From assembly GCF_964204865.1 (NCBI RefSeq), contig NC_135255.1, forward strand, positions 9,176,001-9,240,000: a stretch of DNA of 64,000 nt. Direction: 5' to 3'. Origin of the DNA: Styela clava. Its lineage: Eukaryota. The position numbers and the translations under genes are program-made. How positions within the stretch are numbered: the stretch's first letter is position 1; each line of letters starts with the position of its first letter. The notes under the pieces are model-generated. The model did no database searches. It worked only from the letters and a program-made list of their open reading frames with translations, and was not told the DNA's origin. Shown here one piece after another: positions 27,164 to 41,500 of this stretch.

Positions 27164-27999
27164 ATTTGAATTGAAATAATTAGTAGTAATAGAGGAAGAC
27201 TAAAGAAATAATGGAAGTTCGCGAAAACCATTTTTGAAGATTTATCCCAATAAAATATTGTTAATAAATTTCGAATAGGAGATTTGATTCACAGTATTCC
27301 GTTATTAATTTTTTTGTATATATGAGTTATATATACGAAAACAATTGAATTTTGTAATTACTGAAATGGGGCTGCTTGGAGCCCTCTGGATGTGAGTCTA
27401 TCAACTACTGAGCCCAAACAAGTTTCCATTGCTTTACCTATAACTCTATATGCCTCAGTTAATGCTAATTTCATACCAAAGTTTTGAAGGGGGCTGTTTT
27501 TTATTTCTATCAAATTTTTTTTTCAAAAGTAAATTGTGTAATACACATGTCTGATATTGTTTTGAAAGAGAATAAATTTTCATTTTGTGTTCAACTTTTG
27601 AGTATTTCGTTGTTGACGAATGTCTCAGTCACGATCCTGAAATTCATTATTAAAAGGTTGAGTCATGTAAACATGTTCAGTACGAAAATACTTTTGGAGG
27701 AGAAAGTATGCTACCGGTAACTGGCGTTCGACTACTAGTCAGGGGCGGAGTGAAAGTAAGCACTTGATTTTTAGATGAGGTTTATCATTAAAAATGATAC
27801 AAGATGGTGTCTACTGGCTATCAAAGGGAGGTATACGACTAATACACGTGACTCCGGTGACTATGATTGCTAAACTATTAAATTTCCCAAAGTCTCCACA
27901 ATACTGCCTACCCATCTTTGTTCAAACCGCCAGACTCTGGCGTATCGGTCAGAGATCAAGTATAGTATGAATAAATTGATTCGTCCCATGTTTTTTGTG

Positions 28000-28423
28000 T
28001 CAGACTTGTCCATGGGGCATATTTCTCTGTCCCATCCCTTTCCATCGAAATTATGCGTGTCCCATCCCATGGGATTCCCAATTCAATAAAAAATGTTAAA
28101 ATTTGGTTTAGCGTCTACAAAATAGGACTAAATGTACGAAGAGACATGCAAAACAACAAAATTTACGGACTTTGTTAACTTTATATTCATAACTATTATA
28201 CATGTGTCCATCAGCTCCTCCACTGAGTATATTGTTAGTGTTGAATATATTTTGTTATTTATAACTAACAAAAGAGCTATGCTCAAATATATGGACACGA
28301 AATCCATAAATAAATATTTTACCATCATTTCTCCGAAAATCATACGTTTCTCGTGTCCCGTGGGAAATACAAATGTGTGCTGCCCCACTCCATCCCGTGG
28401 GACATTTCTCATGGTCAAGCCTG
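28000..28423. mobile_element. hAT-like MITE with CCCATGGGA motifs
   Basis: Termini CAGACTTGTCCATGG and CATGGTCAAGCCTG. Repeated CCCATCCCATGGGA / TCCCGTGGGA motifs. TSD not recognisable. Confidence 0.6.
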
Positions 28424-29530
28424 ACAATACCTCAGATTACGAATATTAAAACTCGCAAATCGGCGTGCCCAACACAAATAATTTGATTCTGATTTTTTTT
28501 ATTCAATTCAATGAATTGAATATTTATATTATCCAATTTATGCTAGCGTTGTTCTTTGGTGGCATGCTTCGATAAGCTTTTATGTCGTTCATACTGAGTT
28601 TTCTGCTTGCAAAATGTAATAAGTTCAATTGTAAAAGGCTCCGGATACCCGGGAGAAAAATAAACCCCAGAGTTCGCGGAACAACTATATTTACTTTTCT
28701 TCGTCATGGAATTGAACGAATCGACAAATACAGTGTTTCTGAAATAGACGGTGCAAACACTAAAATTGAAAAAAAAAACACAATAAAAAAATAGTTATAA
28801 AGAAGCAGATATTCACAGCTAATTACACAGTCGACCTTAATTATAATATTGAATAAATTGTATTTTGAGTTGTATTATGTGACCGGAACACGCCAGTCAA
28901 AAATTGTATATTCCAGACGCGTACTACGGAGAAACCCTACTTCGTTACACGTTCCATCAATTGGACTTGTCCAGGTCATATTAAACAATTTTTAGTGTTT
29001 CTCGCGGTGTAATCAGTGCAATTCATACACACAGATACATCTATACGAACAGTGAGTTTGGATAGTCATCGCTAATTGAAGTTATATAATTATTTTATTT
29101 AGCTAGCAGAAGTTGAACCATATCAAAACTAACAAAGATGCTATAAACGACCTAAGGAAAAATAGCGCCAAAAAGTGGAACAAAATACGATGGAACAAAA
29201 TATACATATATAATATACAAATACTGAACGTCAAGGTAGAAATTTTCTAAAACAGTTATGCTAAAACAACTAAAATACAAATCAACTGATGTATTTAAAA
29301 ATATATTTAAAAAGATGATTGCGCGAAATACAATTATTTGTTGTATTGATTAGATGCAGAACGAAGTCTTCAATAAAACTAAATTGGCTATGAAAAGTAT
29401 AAACCCAAAAAGCTACTGTGATTGAGGTTCGTGCCATTTATTATGGCATCTAAATTCGAAAAAGTCTAGTATCGATTTTTGATATGAATATACATATATA
29501 CAGAGACATATCCATTAGGCATTGTCGAAA

Positions 29531-32500
29531 TTAAACAATATTTAGTATTGTATCATCGTTTTTATAGTTCACTTCAGATACAACGACACTTTCTGGGCAT
29601 TCTGGTTCGTTGCTGCAGCTCGAGGTTGGATTGCCTTTTGATATTCCTGTTTTCTCTTTGGAGACGATTTTAGCAATTGCTTGAAAACTGTTTCTTGAAG
29701 GTGCCATCGTTTGAAAATCTCTGATTTTAGATAGTGGATCTAACCATTTTACAGAACCAGTTCCATCGGGTTCTTCTTTGGCGCTATCATACCCAAGATC
29801 CGATGCAATCGAGCTTGGGTGTCCAGGAATAGACTTGTCGTTGTTGTATGTCGTTGTATACTTTGCCGTTTCTGTATTAGTGCCAAGGTCGTTGTCCAAA
29901 CTGATTACTCTTTTACTTGAGTTTTCTGCGAATTGTTCAATTTCGTTTTTGCTTGTATCTATCGATGCATCGGGAGATATTAGCGGAGTCAGCTCACTGG
30001 AGTTGTAGCGGGCGAGTTCTTTATATGCGTATTCTGAACTTGTGTTGATCACGTCATCAGCAATTTCGGAAATCTCATCTACATCAGGTTTGTTGGATTG
30101 ATTGCATTCGTTTTCCCAGTGTACAGAGACGCGATTATTTGGTGAGCTGGTTCTGGAGCTGTTTGTGAGGGTGGCCGTGGACTGAAAAACATTAGATTTA
30201 AGTAGTCTGTTCATTTCTGTGTTTTCTTCCTCATCGTCCGATGAACTATCTTCTGCTTTTTCAGAATTATCAACTTCAATAGGTTCTGGAATGGCAGTGT
30301 TACTTTTTGATATTGGAACATCTGGACAACTTTTTGATCGTAGGATATTGCGTGTCGACTTACTGTTGGCACAATTACCGACTTTGTTTTGGTTAGAAAC
30401 AAGTTGTGGAACAGGCGTCTTTCCAGTTTTTTCAACGTTTGTCTTTGGCAAAGTCATGTTAATTTGAGTGCTACGTTGCAAAGATGTTTGCGGTACGTTT
30501 AGGGATTCATTCTTAATTTTTTCGGATGTCCTTTCATCGGTACCGACTACGTTTGAAATCGACTTTTCAGATGTTGGATTTTCTCCAATGACTTCTAGTT
30601 TCCCGCTCCACGTGTTGCTCGTTGTTGGTCCGTTATTGGGCGCAATCATAAGCAAGTCATCGGATTGGGTAAGTGTTGGTTGTGTGTGAATAAACGGATT
30701 GTGATTGTTAGATTCTGGCATCCCTAAATATGCGCGGGACATAATAGGCGAAGTAGCGTTAGACGAGTTCGGAGTGTTGGTGTTGACAACAAGAAGTCTG
30801 CGTCGCAGATCTTCAGTAAAAGGCATGCTAATTGAAGTAGAAGGCTGTAGATGAGGTTGATGTAGAAAATCTTCCCTCGATCGTGGAGACCCATTGCAAA
30901 ATCCAAACGATGGAGAGTAGTCTTCATTTGCTGCAAACGTAGCAATAAGGTAAACTGGGCGAAGGAATTCCAAATTGCAACACTTTAGCAGTTTACGTTA
31001 CTAATAATTTGTCGGCATATCTCAATTGAAAACAAAGCCATTTGATTGAATGGCATTCATTTAATGAGCATAAGTAAATTAGACAATGTTTCGTATGCAA
31101 CATAACATACATTAATTTTAAAACTCTCGATCCAAGGTGCAACACTTGTGAACGCTGTATAAAAAAAATGCAATCACTTACCACATGGACTTGTCATGCA
31201 AGATGACGCGGATATACTATCAAAATTTTTTCTTCTTCCCCGTTTTACAAATTGTGAAAATCTCAAAGGTCGAGGTGATGGTATGGACGTTCCGAACGAT
31301 ATGATTGAACCGAATGGTGAATCATAATATTCAGCTCTTCCGTGGTCTTCCGCTCCACTCGTCATAGATGTGTAATCAGCAGCGTTTGGAAAATCTCTCC
31401 TATCTAGCAGTGGATGAGTGTAATTATATCTCAGCCATGCGTTTCCAGGGTAGTTTGTTCGTCGCGCGTTTCTCTGCAACGCTTGCACTGATTTTTTTCT
31501 GTAATAAAATGTCGGATTGTATTAAGTGGCTGAGCTACTGTACCTTATCTTATCCTTCTTAATCATAAACACAATGCCTAAGTCACATATGAAATGCAAA
31601 GATTGCGCCGTTTAAATATTGTAAAGTTAATGTGTGAAAAAGCATTCACTTAAAAAAAAATACACGGATGTCAAATATGACTTGTTTTTGTGTATGAGAT
31701 AGTCTTCAACCGTACATTCTTTACAATTAAACACAATTAAAATAAGCGTTTCTTTTCTAATCATTTTAAATGATGTAAACATACTTATTGGCTTTCAGTA
31801 GTCCAATAGTTCTCTTTTGAGCGTTTCGTCGTTCGTCTTCAGTTTCCTCTTGATTACGTCTCTTCAAAAATTTCGTTGTATTCACCTTCTTTTTGGGCGA
31901 TTTCTTTGCTCTGCTCATAACAAACCGACCGCCCATCTTTTTCAAATCACTTTCGCTTGGCTTAGTAACAAGAACATCGGGACGTTTGGGTTTTGAACAC
32001 GAATCTTTTGTGTTAGTAAGAGGTTGGGACGCATTTTTCGGTTTCTTTGCTTTAGGTCTATCATCCGATTCACCTATTGAATGTTTTTTTGCTGACAATG
32101 AGCGTTGAGAATCACAAGGCGCGTCGTCGTCAGTGTTATTTTTTTCTACGCATTCTCCTTCTTCTGAAGACAAACTAGTTCGTCTTTGACTTCGATTATC
32201 TCCCGATCCATCGTCTGACGAACTATCTGCAACATCGGAATCTGAGTCCTGTGTAAATAAATAAAATTATAGAAAAAAATCGTAGTTCATCCGAATCGTC
32301 AGCATCCGTACATCATTGGTGTTTATGACGGACGCCCACGTTCATTGTAAGTTCGGTGGTCGATCTCTCCAGGCATAAATTGGCCACTGTTTTAGATACC
32401 ACAGGATCACACACAACAAGATTGCCTCCTGGTGTACAGTGACCTGAAAGCAACACCAAGAATATGTGTTGAGACCTTAGGAAGATTTTTAGGTCCGTAA

Positions 32501-35500
32501 GGTCTACAATGTCTACATATATACTGTCGTGTTATTGAAAAATAACATATTCCTTGCCGCGAGCATTATACAGATATCATTCATTATACAGCACTCATCA
32601 TTAAAAGTATAAAAGAGTAATTTCGGTCATGTTCGAAGTAGATGGGCTATCTAGCATTGCGATGATTGTGGATGAGTATTGTAAATCGATAGCGAAGGTA
32701 TAGTTATCATATATGGAACTCTAGCCATTGAATCGAACGGGACAGAAAGGTAACAATATCTGAATCGGGGTAGATATATGTTTCGCGAAATGCCCGTAAG
32801 TGCCATTAAAGTAATTCATATTAATTAAGAAGCATAAGGCCTTTTAATCATTGAAATATGTCTACTATGAGGCACACGTCATCTTCATCTGCATGGTAAA
32901 GTTTGTATGTGCTTGTGTATTTCGTTCTGAAGAAAAAATTTTATTCAATAAACTTGTACTATCTTCCAACTCCTATAACGATTTCAAATTTGCCTGTCCG
33001 AGTATGTCTGAGTAAAACGGTGTATGCATCAGATCGGTATCAATTTTGCCCGAACCTTCAACAAAAATGCCCAATCTGTTTGACTCTCTTTTGTCTATTC
33101 AATTAAGGTGTTATCCGTACAATACATACCGAATCTGCAGATAGAATATTGTCGTTATCGGTCGATCTCTTTTTGTTCTCATTTTTCTCGTTATTACTAC
33201 TGGCACGTGGTGAGAGGTAGTCCATTTTTAATAATGATTTCTTTGCTTCACTTTCTTGTTCCTTTCCTGTAATTCTCTTCCAAAAATTCACAGGATTTGT
33301 TGTCCTGGTGGGAGGTTGCTTTGGTGTAAAAGGCGGCGGTTCCTTCAGTAAAGTGTTTTGTTCTGTTTTCGTTTGATATGTTGCATCGTTATGATTAATA
33401 TCTAGATGATTGTTGTCTTTCTTGTTCTGAGGTGCATCGGCTTGTTCTAAAAATCGCATCTCATATCGATCCAAGCTGCAAAGTATGGTTAATTTTATTA
33501 GCTATTTTTGGCCGTCTTAAAATTTTTAAGCTATGGCCTATGCCCTATGTTACACATTACGTTATCCAATAATAGATAACTGATAATCCAAATAGCATTT
33601 ATCGCTTTTGGTTTTTTAAAAAAAAGTTTTTTCAGCTTAGCTCCCAATGAAAAATCTTGCACGAGTTATAAGTCTGTGATGACAATTAAGATGGCCGTTA
33701 ACTTTTTTTTAATAAAAAGACTGAATGAAAACGAGACAACGTTTTACCTCATATCAATGGTAGAACCCAGAAAAGCGTCCATTTTATGATTAGCCGCAGC
33801 AGCAGTATATGGTATAGCTGGGTTTGGGTTGTCCCAGTAGATATCTCTTTCCAACTTTGGATGACTTAGGTACATGTTATCAACAGTTAACATTGACAAT
33901 TCTAGATTTCTATCGATAATCATATTCACATCAAAATCATCGTCATCTTCTCCAAACGGGTTGATAAGCTGCTCGGCAACCTGGCAAGAAAGGTAATAGC
34001 TAAGTTGTTAAGGCGAACTCGAAGATGTAGTCATATAATACCTTTCACACAAAGTAATAAATGAGACTGGACACCCTCGCATGCACACGAACTTCCAAAT
34101 TAGCCATTCTGTATTTCCAACTACTCTCGCAAATGTGCTTGACGGTCTGCTTATATAAAGCATTGCGCAGAGCAAGCCTAATATAATATAGAACTGAATT
34201 GAATAGGTAATCATGCCAGTAGGCCGAGACCAGAACTCGTTTCCAGTGGAGGCATGATGTGCCTAATAAAAAGTATACAAATACATAGAAAATGAATGTA
34301 TAAACTACCTTAAGCCACCCAACGTAGAAGAAAAATTGGCAGATCGTGAATATAGGGACATATAAATCAACTTCATGTCCAGGATATCCTTTGGTAACGT
34401 CTAAATATTGGCGACTCAGAAGTGTGGACATGAAGAAAACGTAGACCGCTACCGTCACAACCTAAAAAATTAAATCACAGGAAATATATTAACATGTATG
34501 TGTATTGTGTACAGTTACTAGAATTGAAAACAGAACAGAAGTAATAAATGAGGGGTATAACGAGTGCCAATGGAATACGTAGATAAAAGTCAAATTATAC
34601 TATATATACTTGGAAAAAGTTGAAACAAGCATTTCGAATTGCATGGTAATATGACGCAAGCTTTTGTCATTATAATATCTTGGGAATATAGAATACAAGC
34701 CGGTAGGCGCTCAGGATCTCAGCTGATACATGGAGAGGCCCGCACATCAGTAAACGGTTACCGTCCACGCAAAATTCCACCCTAGCGACAGCGTACTACG
34801 CAACGACAGTGACTGTGATACCGAAACTGCCAGTTCATTTTGGACGCTGCGCGTCTCGTAGGTATCCTTAAGTGAGCGGTATACTACGGCAAATAATAAA
34901 TTATGTTAACTAAAATTCCTATAAGGCTACCCCAGTTTATGAATCAACGAGATGAAAATGGCTTGTTCCAAAGAGAATTTACGTCTACGGGGCGTAGCGA
35001 TCTCGGAATTTAATTTTCGAGGTAGTTTACGAGATAATGGCGACAAAATGTGAAAAAACTAGAAATTTCTCAGAATTTGGCGTTTGTTTTCGCTGATGCC
35101 GTGGAAACGAAACACCAATGCGGACTTTTGGTGAAACACACATTACTATAGGGTGACAGCATAACGTGAGAAATTTTAACCAGATCGGACCAGCAGTTTG
35201 GACGCTACAGTTTACGACTGAGAATAAAAGTCTCTCCTAGACCGAAAATCCAATAAAACATGATATGGTCTCTTTTTGTCACCAAAAGCCTGCAGGTACT
35301 TACTGCGAAGAGAGGTAAAACACCCACAAAATCTGCTAGCACCTTTAAGGCTTTAAAGCTATAAATCGTGAAATTCGTTTTGAGTAATAGAAAACCATAT
35401 GATGAAAGGAAAGCATTCAAGCGAATGTGAACCCTTTATGGATGGATATAAATAGACTACCCGTTTGTAAACAATGTGCATAGCACGATACTAGTGGAGT

Positions 35501-38500
35501 CAAATAGTGGCATTTCCTGGTAAAGCATCATCTCAACAACAGGATGTATTACTAAATCACGAATGTGATGCATTATAGTTTGGACCGCGGTACAGTGAGA
35601 AAACATGTGACAATAAGTGAAGTTTCAATTGTGCATTGAAACTGAATTTCTGATATTCGTATATTCTCTGCACATTTTTCATAAAGGGTCGATAAAAGTT
35701 CGTTCGCAGCTCTTAGCTTATCAGTGTTTGCTTTGAATTCATTCGTTGAAACATAAATGGGCAGTGTCGTTATTAGTCCGATATCTGGCGATTTCCAATT
35801 GAGTTAGGCTAAATTTAGCCGGAAACATTGATGATGTTGGGTTTATTTATTTTCAACATGACATATATGATTTATCTAGCTAGGTTCGTACTGCTAAAAT
35901 TTTAAGCTCTAGTCTAAAAGTTCCTTCCATATTTCGATATTCGCACCGGAGTGTTGTACGACATACGCCACACCCCATAACACTATATTAGTCAAAAGAT
36001 AGTAGTTCTGTATGTATACCTGTGTATATACAAGTGGTATACTGATCCAATCGTAACTAAATAACATTCCACAGCATCCACGAAAGTCGTTCAGTTCCTG
36101 TGAGAAAAAATTAAAACGTGAAGTATTAACGAATAGTTCAAAACCAGTGATCAGGTAAAATTCTAGTAACATGAAGTATTTTTAACAGGACAAAACAAAA
36201 ACCCTGAAAACTGCATACACAGCTTGTAACACGAAAGCATGAATTATGCATGAAGGCAGTGGGTTAACTATATTAAACCGTAAAAATGATTTAAACCCAT
36301 TTCCCCTTCCCTGTAAGTCGTAAACTGTGTAAGAAAAGCAATATTTAACATAATTGGTTTATGAGCCACACACCCCATCCCGCCCACTCTTTATTATTGA
36401 ATACCCACAGAATTTCCAATTACAGACTGGTACGTACGGTCGTTCACTTCTCCAATATTGTATACATCAGATAATGCGCCTTGAGTCAAACTTGGGCGGC
36501 GAAGACCGGTTTGGAACCGGTTTTAGCAAGTACTATTTTCGAATTTATTAATAAACACACTTGTTTAGGAATTATTGTAACTGCGCAAGGTGGTGTGGTT
36601 TGAGATTGTGTCCAATATTTAGGAGACGTTGGTTTACTTTACTTGGAGTTAATGATATATCAATTTTCAATATCCTGATTGCGGATGTGATATGACCAAA
36701 TTATAGCTGATATTTTTTCAACTTGATTATTCAACGGTTCGATTTATGGTTGATTTGTCTTGAATTTCTTCATAAGGTTTGGTTATTATTAAGTAGCAAT
36801 ACCACTCAAGTGGCGTATCGAATTAAAAATGGAATAACAAATTAAATATGGCGATCAGTTGGGTAATCTTTGGTATATTGTATGTTATTGTTATTACACA
36901 TTATTATAAGATTACTCTAAGATCTTTACTATGTGACCTTGTCTAGTCCAGCAAAATTTTCAATCGCCTTGCTCGACTCTAATGAGCTGATCCATTCCTA
37001 ATTTATTTTCTACGTAATTTATTACCAGTCAGTTGTTACCCGGCATTAACTTGAACTGTCCTGGAGATCGCGCCAGTCAGTGTTATGATATGGTGATATT
37101 GACAAACTATTAGAATATTATTATGAGTTGTTTATAAAAACGGCTGTTTATTGAAGCTGTTTATGTTTACTTGATCAACCCACCTTCAGTAGAGTTTGAT
37201 ATGTCATGTCGTCGTATATTCTGCCTTCTTGTCGAACTTTAGAGAGAAGATTCGAAAACCAAACGCATGGAATAAAATATTTTACATTTTCCGTTTTTAC
37301 ATTTTCATATTGCTTGTATTCTGTTTGCGTCATGAAGCCTGAAAATAAGTTAAACGTATTAGTAATATGGAGCCATCAAACAGTGAATTTATCATTTATG
37401 ATTATCCGATGGTTCGGGCTTCCATAACGAACGCAACGCACCACGTTTATTCATTCACGTTTTTGTACTAATAAAAATATTGATTTTATGATATTTAGAT
37501 TCAAGATGATATTTATATGGTGATTTGACTGCAGGAGAAGTAATTTAATTTTTGCAATTATTTCGACTTGTAATGTCCACGCTGTAAAGTCAAAGCGCTC
37601 ATTCTTGCTTTAAATTTATTGGATATTAACTTCCAAATTACAGTAGTATATACGGTTTTGCACCGTTCAAGGCATAAAATCATAAAAATTGTCGCTCAAC
37701 ACGTAAATGATAACGGCGTAACTGCTGCTATCTAACCGCGGAGTCAAACGAGTTCACCATCGCCATAGGCGGAATAATGTAACGTTACGGCTTATGGGCC
37801 CTACAATTTTCAAATGTCATAAAACATTTGGGCAATAAAAACAATTTCATGGGGGTTCAATAATGGGGTAGATCCGTGTTAATTTGACACGGCCAGACCC
37901 ACCGGTTGACACCCAGTACTGGCAATACCAACACATCGAGAAACAGCAGCTAGTTATTTCAGAAAACAAACCCTTCAACTTTTGTTTTCTAGACTATGAT
38001 AGCACTTGACAAGATGACGTTGACGTTTTGAGTTGTTTCTTTGTTAACATGATTGTTTGCTTAAAGTACGGATGAATAAGAAGCCCAAGCGTGTTATTTT
38101 TTGGTACTCTCGAAGTATGTGAACCAAGATGGCGGACATCAGAACGTATAGTATGTGTACCAGGTTAGGGTTAGGCCATAATTTTATTCCAATTTTTCTT
38201 ATTTTAGTTTTATTACGAGTTCGGGGACCAGCCAAGTGACTCTCGTAGTATTTGTACCTGAAATTATGGCCTAACCATAACCTGGTACACATACTACGTT
38301 CCCTATTTTCTACCTCTACCGCAACGAAATTAATAAAAAAATTCTAACCATTGGTTTTTATGTAGTGACAGTATTGTACCTGCATCTATTACATGTTGTA
38401 TTGTTGGAAATCTTTTAAATACTGCAGTAGAAATTGAACGGTAAGTCAAAACTTGCATCAAGCTTAGATATCGGACGAGTGTCCTGCGGATTAATCTCCC

Positions 38501-41500
38501 TCGGTAATCTGGTCCATGTACATTAGCAGAAATCACCATCATAAGTCGATCTGGCCATGGTATATTTAAATACTGTTGCCACCATCTTCCGACGACCATG
38601 CTGACATAGAAACCTAAAATACATAGATTTTTGTTTCACTACATTTTTACACCTTCTTGGCCGATTATAAAGCAGACATTATAGGCTTAAATTGAATAAA
38701 TTTTAAGGAGTGGGAACAAAAGCTCTAGATTGAAACTCCCATAAAACAATTTCGTGAAAAAATAGTTTAGAAAAAGTGTTTTTATTACTTTCGATTGACA
38801 TAAAGTTTTTGAAACAATCTAAAATTGCGCTTAGACTCGTTACCATATATCTATTTGTTTAACCTTGGCAAGTAAACAATACTTAGAATTAACTATCGGT
38901 GTGTTGTAGACTGTGCGTCCATATTTGACAAACACTTTACTGGTATCGGTTAGCAGGATGAGCGTGACCATCCACCATGTTGCTTCTCATTTGAGGATGA
39001 ATAAAAAGTTTTCGTTGATTGTATTTGTCGCAAAGCTAATAAAATCTGATCGTACTCCTCTAAACTTAAGCATAATGATTCCACCACCACGACCAACACA
39101 TCGAGACTGTCTTATCTATGCCACAGGATAAACGAGAAAGATTTAGTACACCACAGGCTGATACAAAAAACAGCAAAAAATACTGCAGATCATCGGTAAA
39201 AAAGGCTAAATTTGTGTTGAGATTCTAGTCAAAATTGGTGCTTTTAATATTGTGCGACAAATTAGAAGAAATACGATTAAAACTAGAATAAACAAAATTT
39301 CAAGCTTGGGTGATCATTTTCTTTGTGTTGCACTTTATTTTTTTTTGTGAGTTTTAAAAGACTAAGGTATGTTGTTCAATTAAAATGTATTTAGGAGGAA
39401 TTATTATTCAAATTTGTAGGTGGAAATTAAAGGTATGATTTATAAACTTTTGACTTATTACATATTAAATTAATATTTTATAAAATTACAAAACAACATA
39501 AATTTCCCGAAAATGAATATTCACGATTTCGGGAATCTATTTTTTCACAAATTTTAGTACCAGAGCATTAAATGCAAATGAACATCAGCATAGATAAACA
39601 GCAATACCATTAAAAAGATTTAAAAGTTTACACTTCCTCATATATTTTTATAACGGTCATTCTTACAAATTTACCGTGCTCCGCGATGAATCAACATTAA
39701 ACATTGACATGCATCCACATAAAAATTCAAAAACAATCTCGTAAACACATCTAATGAAAACAGTATTTCCACGTACGTGTCTATTAAATTTAAATCGTGT
39801 TTAACGCTGCGGCTTATTTCCTCAAAAAGGGCAAGTCACTCACAAAATAATTAATTTTGAAACCAGTTTATACCGGTTCGCAGGAAGCAGACTCCGATAC
39901 TGAATGGAAGTTCCCATTGTCTGACGCAATACGCCCGAATGACAGTTCGTTTTCGAACAGGCGAGACTCGGAAAAGTAGAGAAAAGATGCGACGAAGGTA
40001 TGGTATCGTCTTATGTCGTGGATAGAATTTCAATCAAACAGTGCCGTCGATGAGCAAATTTCTTTATTTGAACATTTGACGACTATCACGCGAAAGCGCA
40101 AACGAATTATATGCTGGTTAGGGCACTTGTACATAGAAGAGAATTAAATATAAGCCATATTTCGACCTGAACCTTGCGAATTATTCATTCGAAACCCAGA
40201 GGCAAACAAAAAAATTGCGAATCCCAATCCACTCAATCGCGTTAAGTAACTGTGACTATTTGCCATAAAAAATGATGACTTGGAATAATCGTGAGCAAAC
40301 GAAAATTTGTTTGTCAAGTTAAAATGAAAACGGAGTTCTTGTCGACTTAAACAAATCTGCAAACTTCGCTCCATTTTTAATCATTCAACCTGTTTTTGCA
40401 AAGTTTTCCTGACTGACAATACTATTGTGCAATACTCAAATGAATAAATAAAAACGAGAAAAGTGTTTATTCATACCCAAGCCGAAACTTCTTGTCATAA
40501 CAAGGGTTAAAATCACCCCATAAAAAGTAAATGATGTAATACTTTATTACTCATAAAATACACATTCCAACATATGTATGCAATTGCTTCCCACAGGAGA
40601 AAATACGGATCCCGGGAGTAACAATTGCGAAAAAGTAAACCGGTTGAGTCCGTCGTCGGGCCGGAGAGTTGATTCATCTTAGATGCCGGTATTACGTCAT
40701 ATTAATGAGTGTAATGTTTATCACTACGGTTACATTAGTTTTCGTTCCAATGGTTTCCATCACCATGTTACATGAATATTATATTTGTCTGGGTTTAACC
40801 AAAATTGAATATCATCATTACCTAATGGTCGGTCACTATGTGATGAAAAGCAACATAAAAGTCAGTAAGCATAGTTGTACATGGCTATTTATCTTTATTT
40901 AACAAATCGAAAAATTTGGTAAACTATGATTCGAATTGACCGGCACTAATATGGACTTTCTAATCCTTTTTTACGAACTAGGGTTGTTTATCTCCTCCGC
41001 TTATGCCACATTTTTCAGAAATGGACTTATTTGGTCTTCTGTCAATATGCACCACTGGCCATCTTTCAGTCTGGGTTTCCAAGGGTCCCATTACATTTGA
41101 ACCCATGACAGTTGCACCTGTATGCTATTGCACCTATGGATTTTTTTTTTGTTTCACGGATAGTTAAACCCATACTAACCCTAACCCATGGGTTTTAGCA
41201 CCCGCATATAGATTGAACCCGTGGATATACACATGGGTTCAAATGTACGTGGGTTCAAATGTACGGTCACCGTTTCCAAGCTATACCTGTTTTAGTTTTG
41301 ATTTTAGGTGGTGCCTTATGTACATACCTGTTCAGGTTTGCCTCTTAGAATCAAACTATGACATAACATAAGACCTACGGAAATATGCGAAAATCGTGAA
41401 ATCAAATCTACCAACATTGATAACATAATGCATTGAAGTCTTATCTCAGTAATAGAATCGATCCATTGATTTTTATGTCTTGAAAAATCCATATGCTTGT

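Noticed and set aside
29778-32108. Several plus-strand ORFs over the bestrophin tail exons (and 13051-13299 over otopetrin)
   Set aside because: Antisense shadows of real coding exons.
34700-35300. GC-richer repeat-like block in a bestrophin intron (possible SINE/Helentron)
   Set aside because: No second copy in the window and no definable termini or TSD.
39881-39913. Plus-strand peptide [10 protein letters not shown] resembling the TRP-channel TRP box, inside a bestrophin intron
   Set aside because: Not followed by AR, no upstream S6 helix, a stop soon after, and no other TRP exons nearby; treated as chance.
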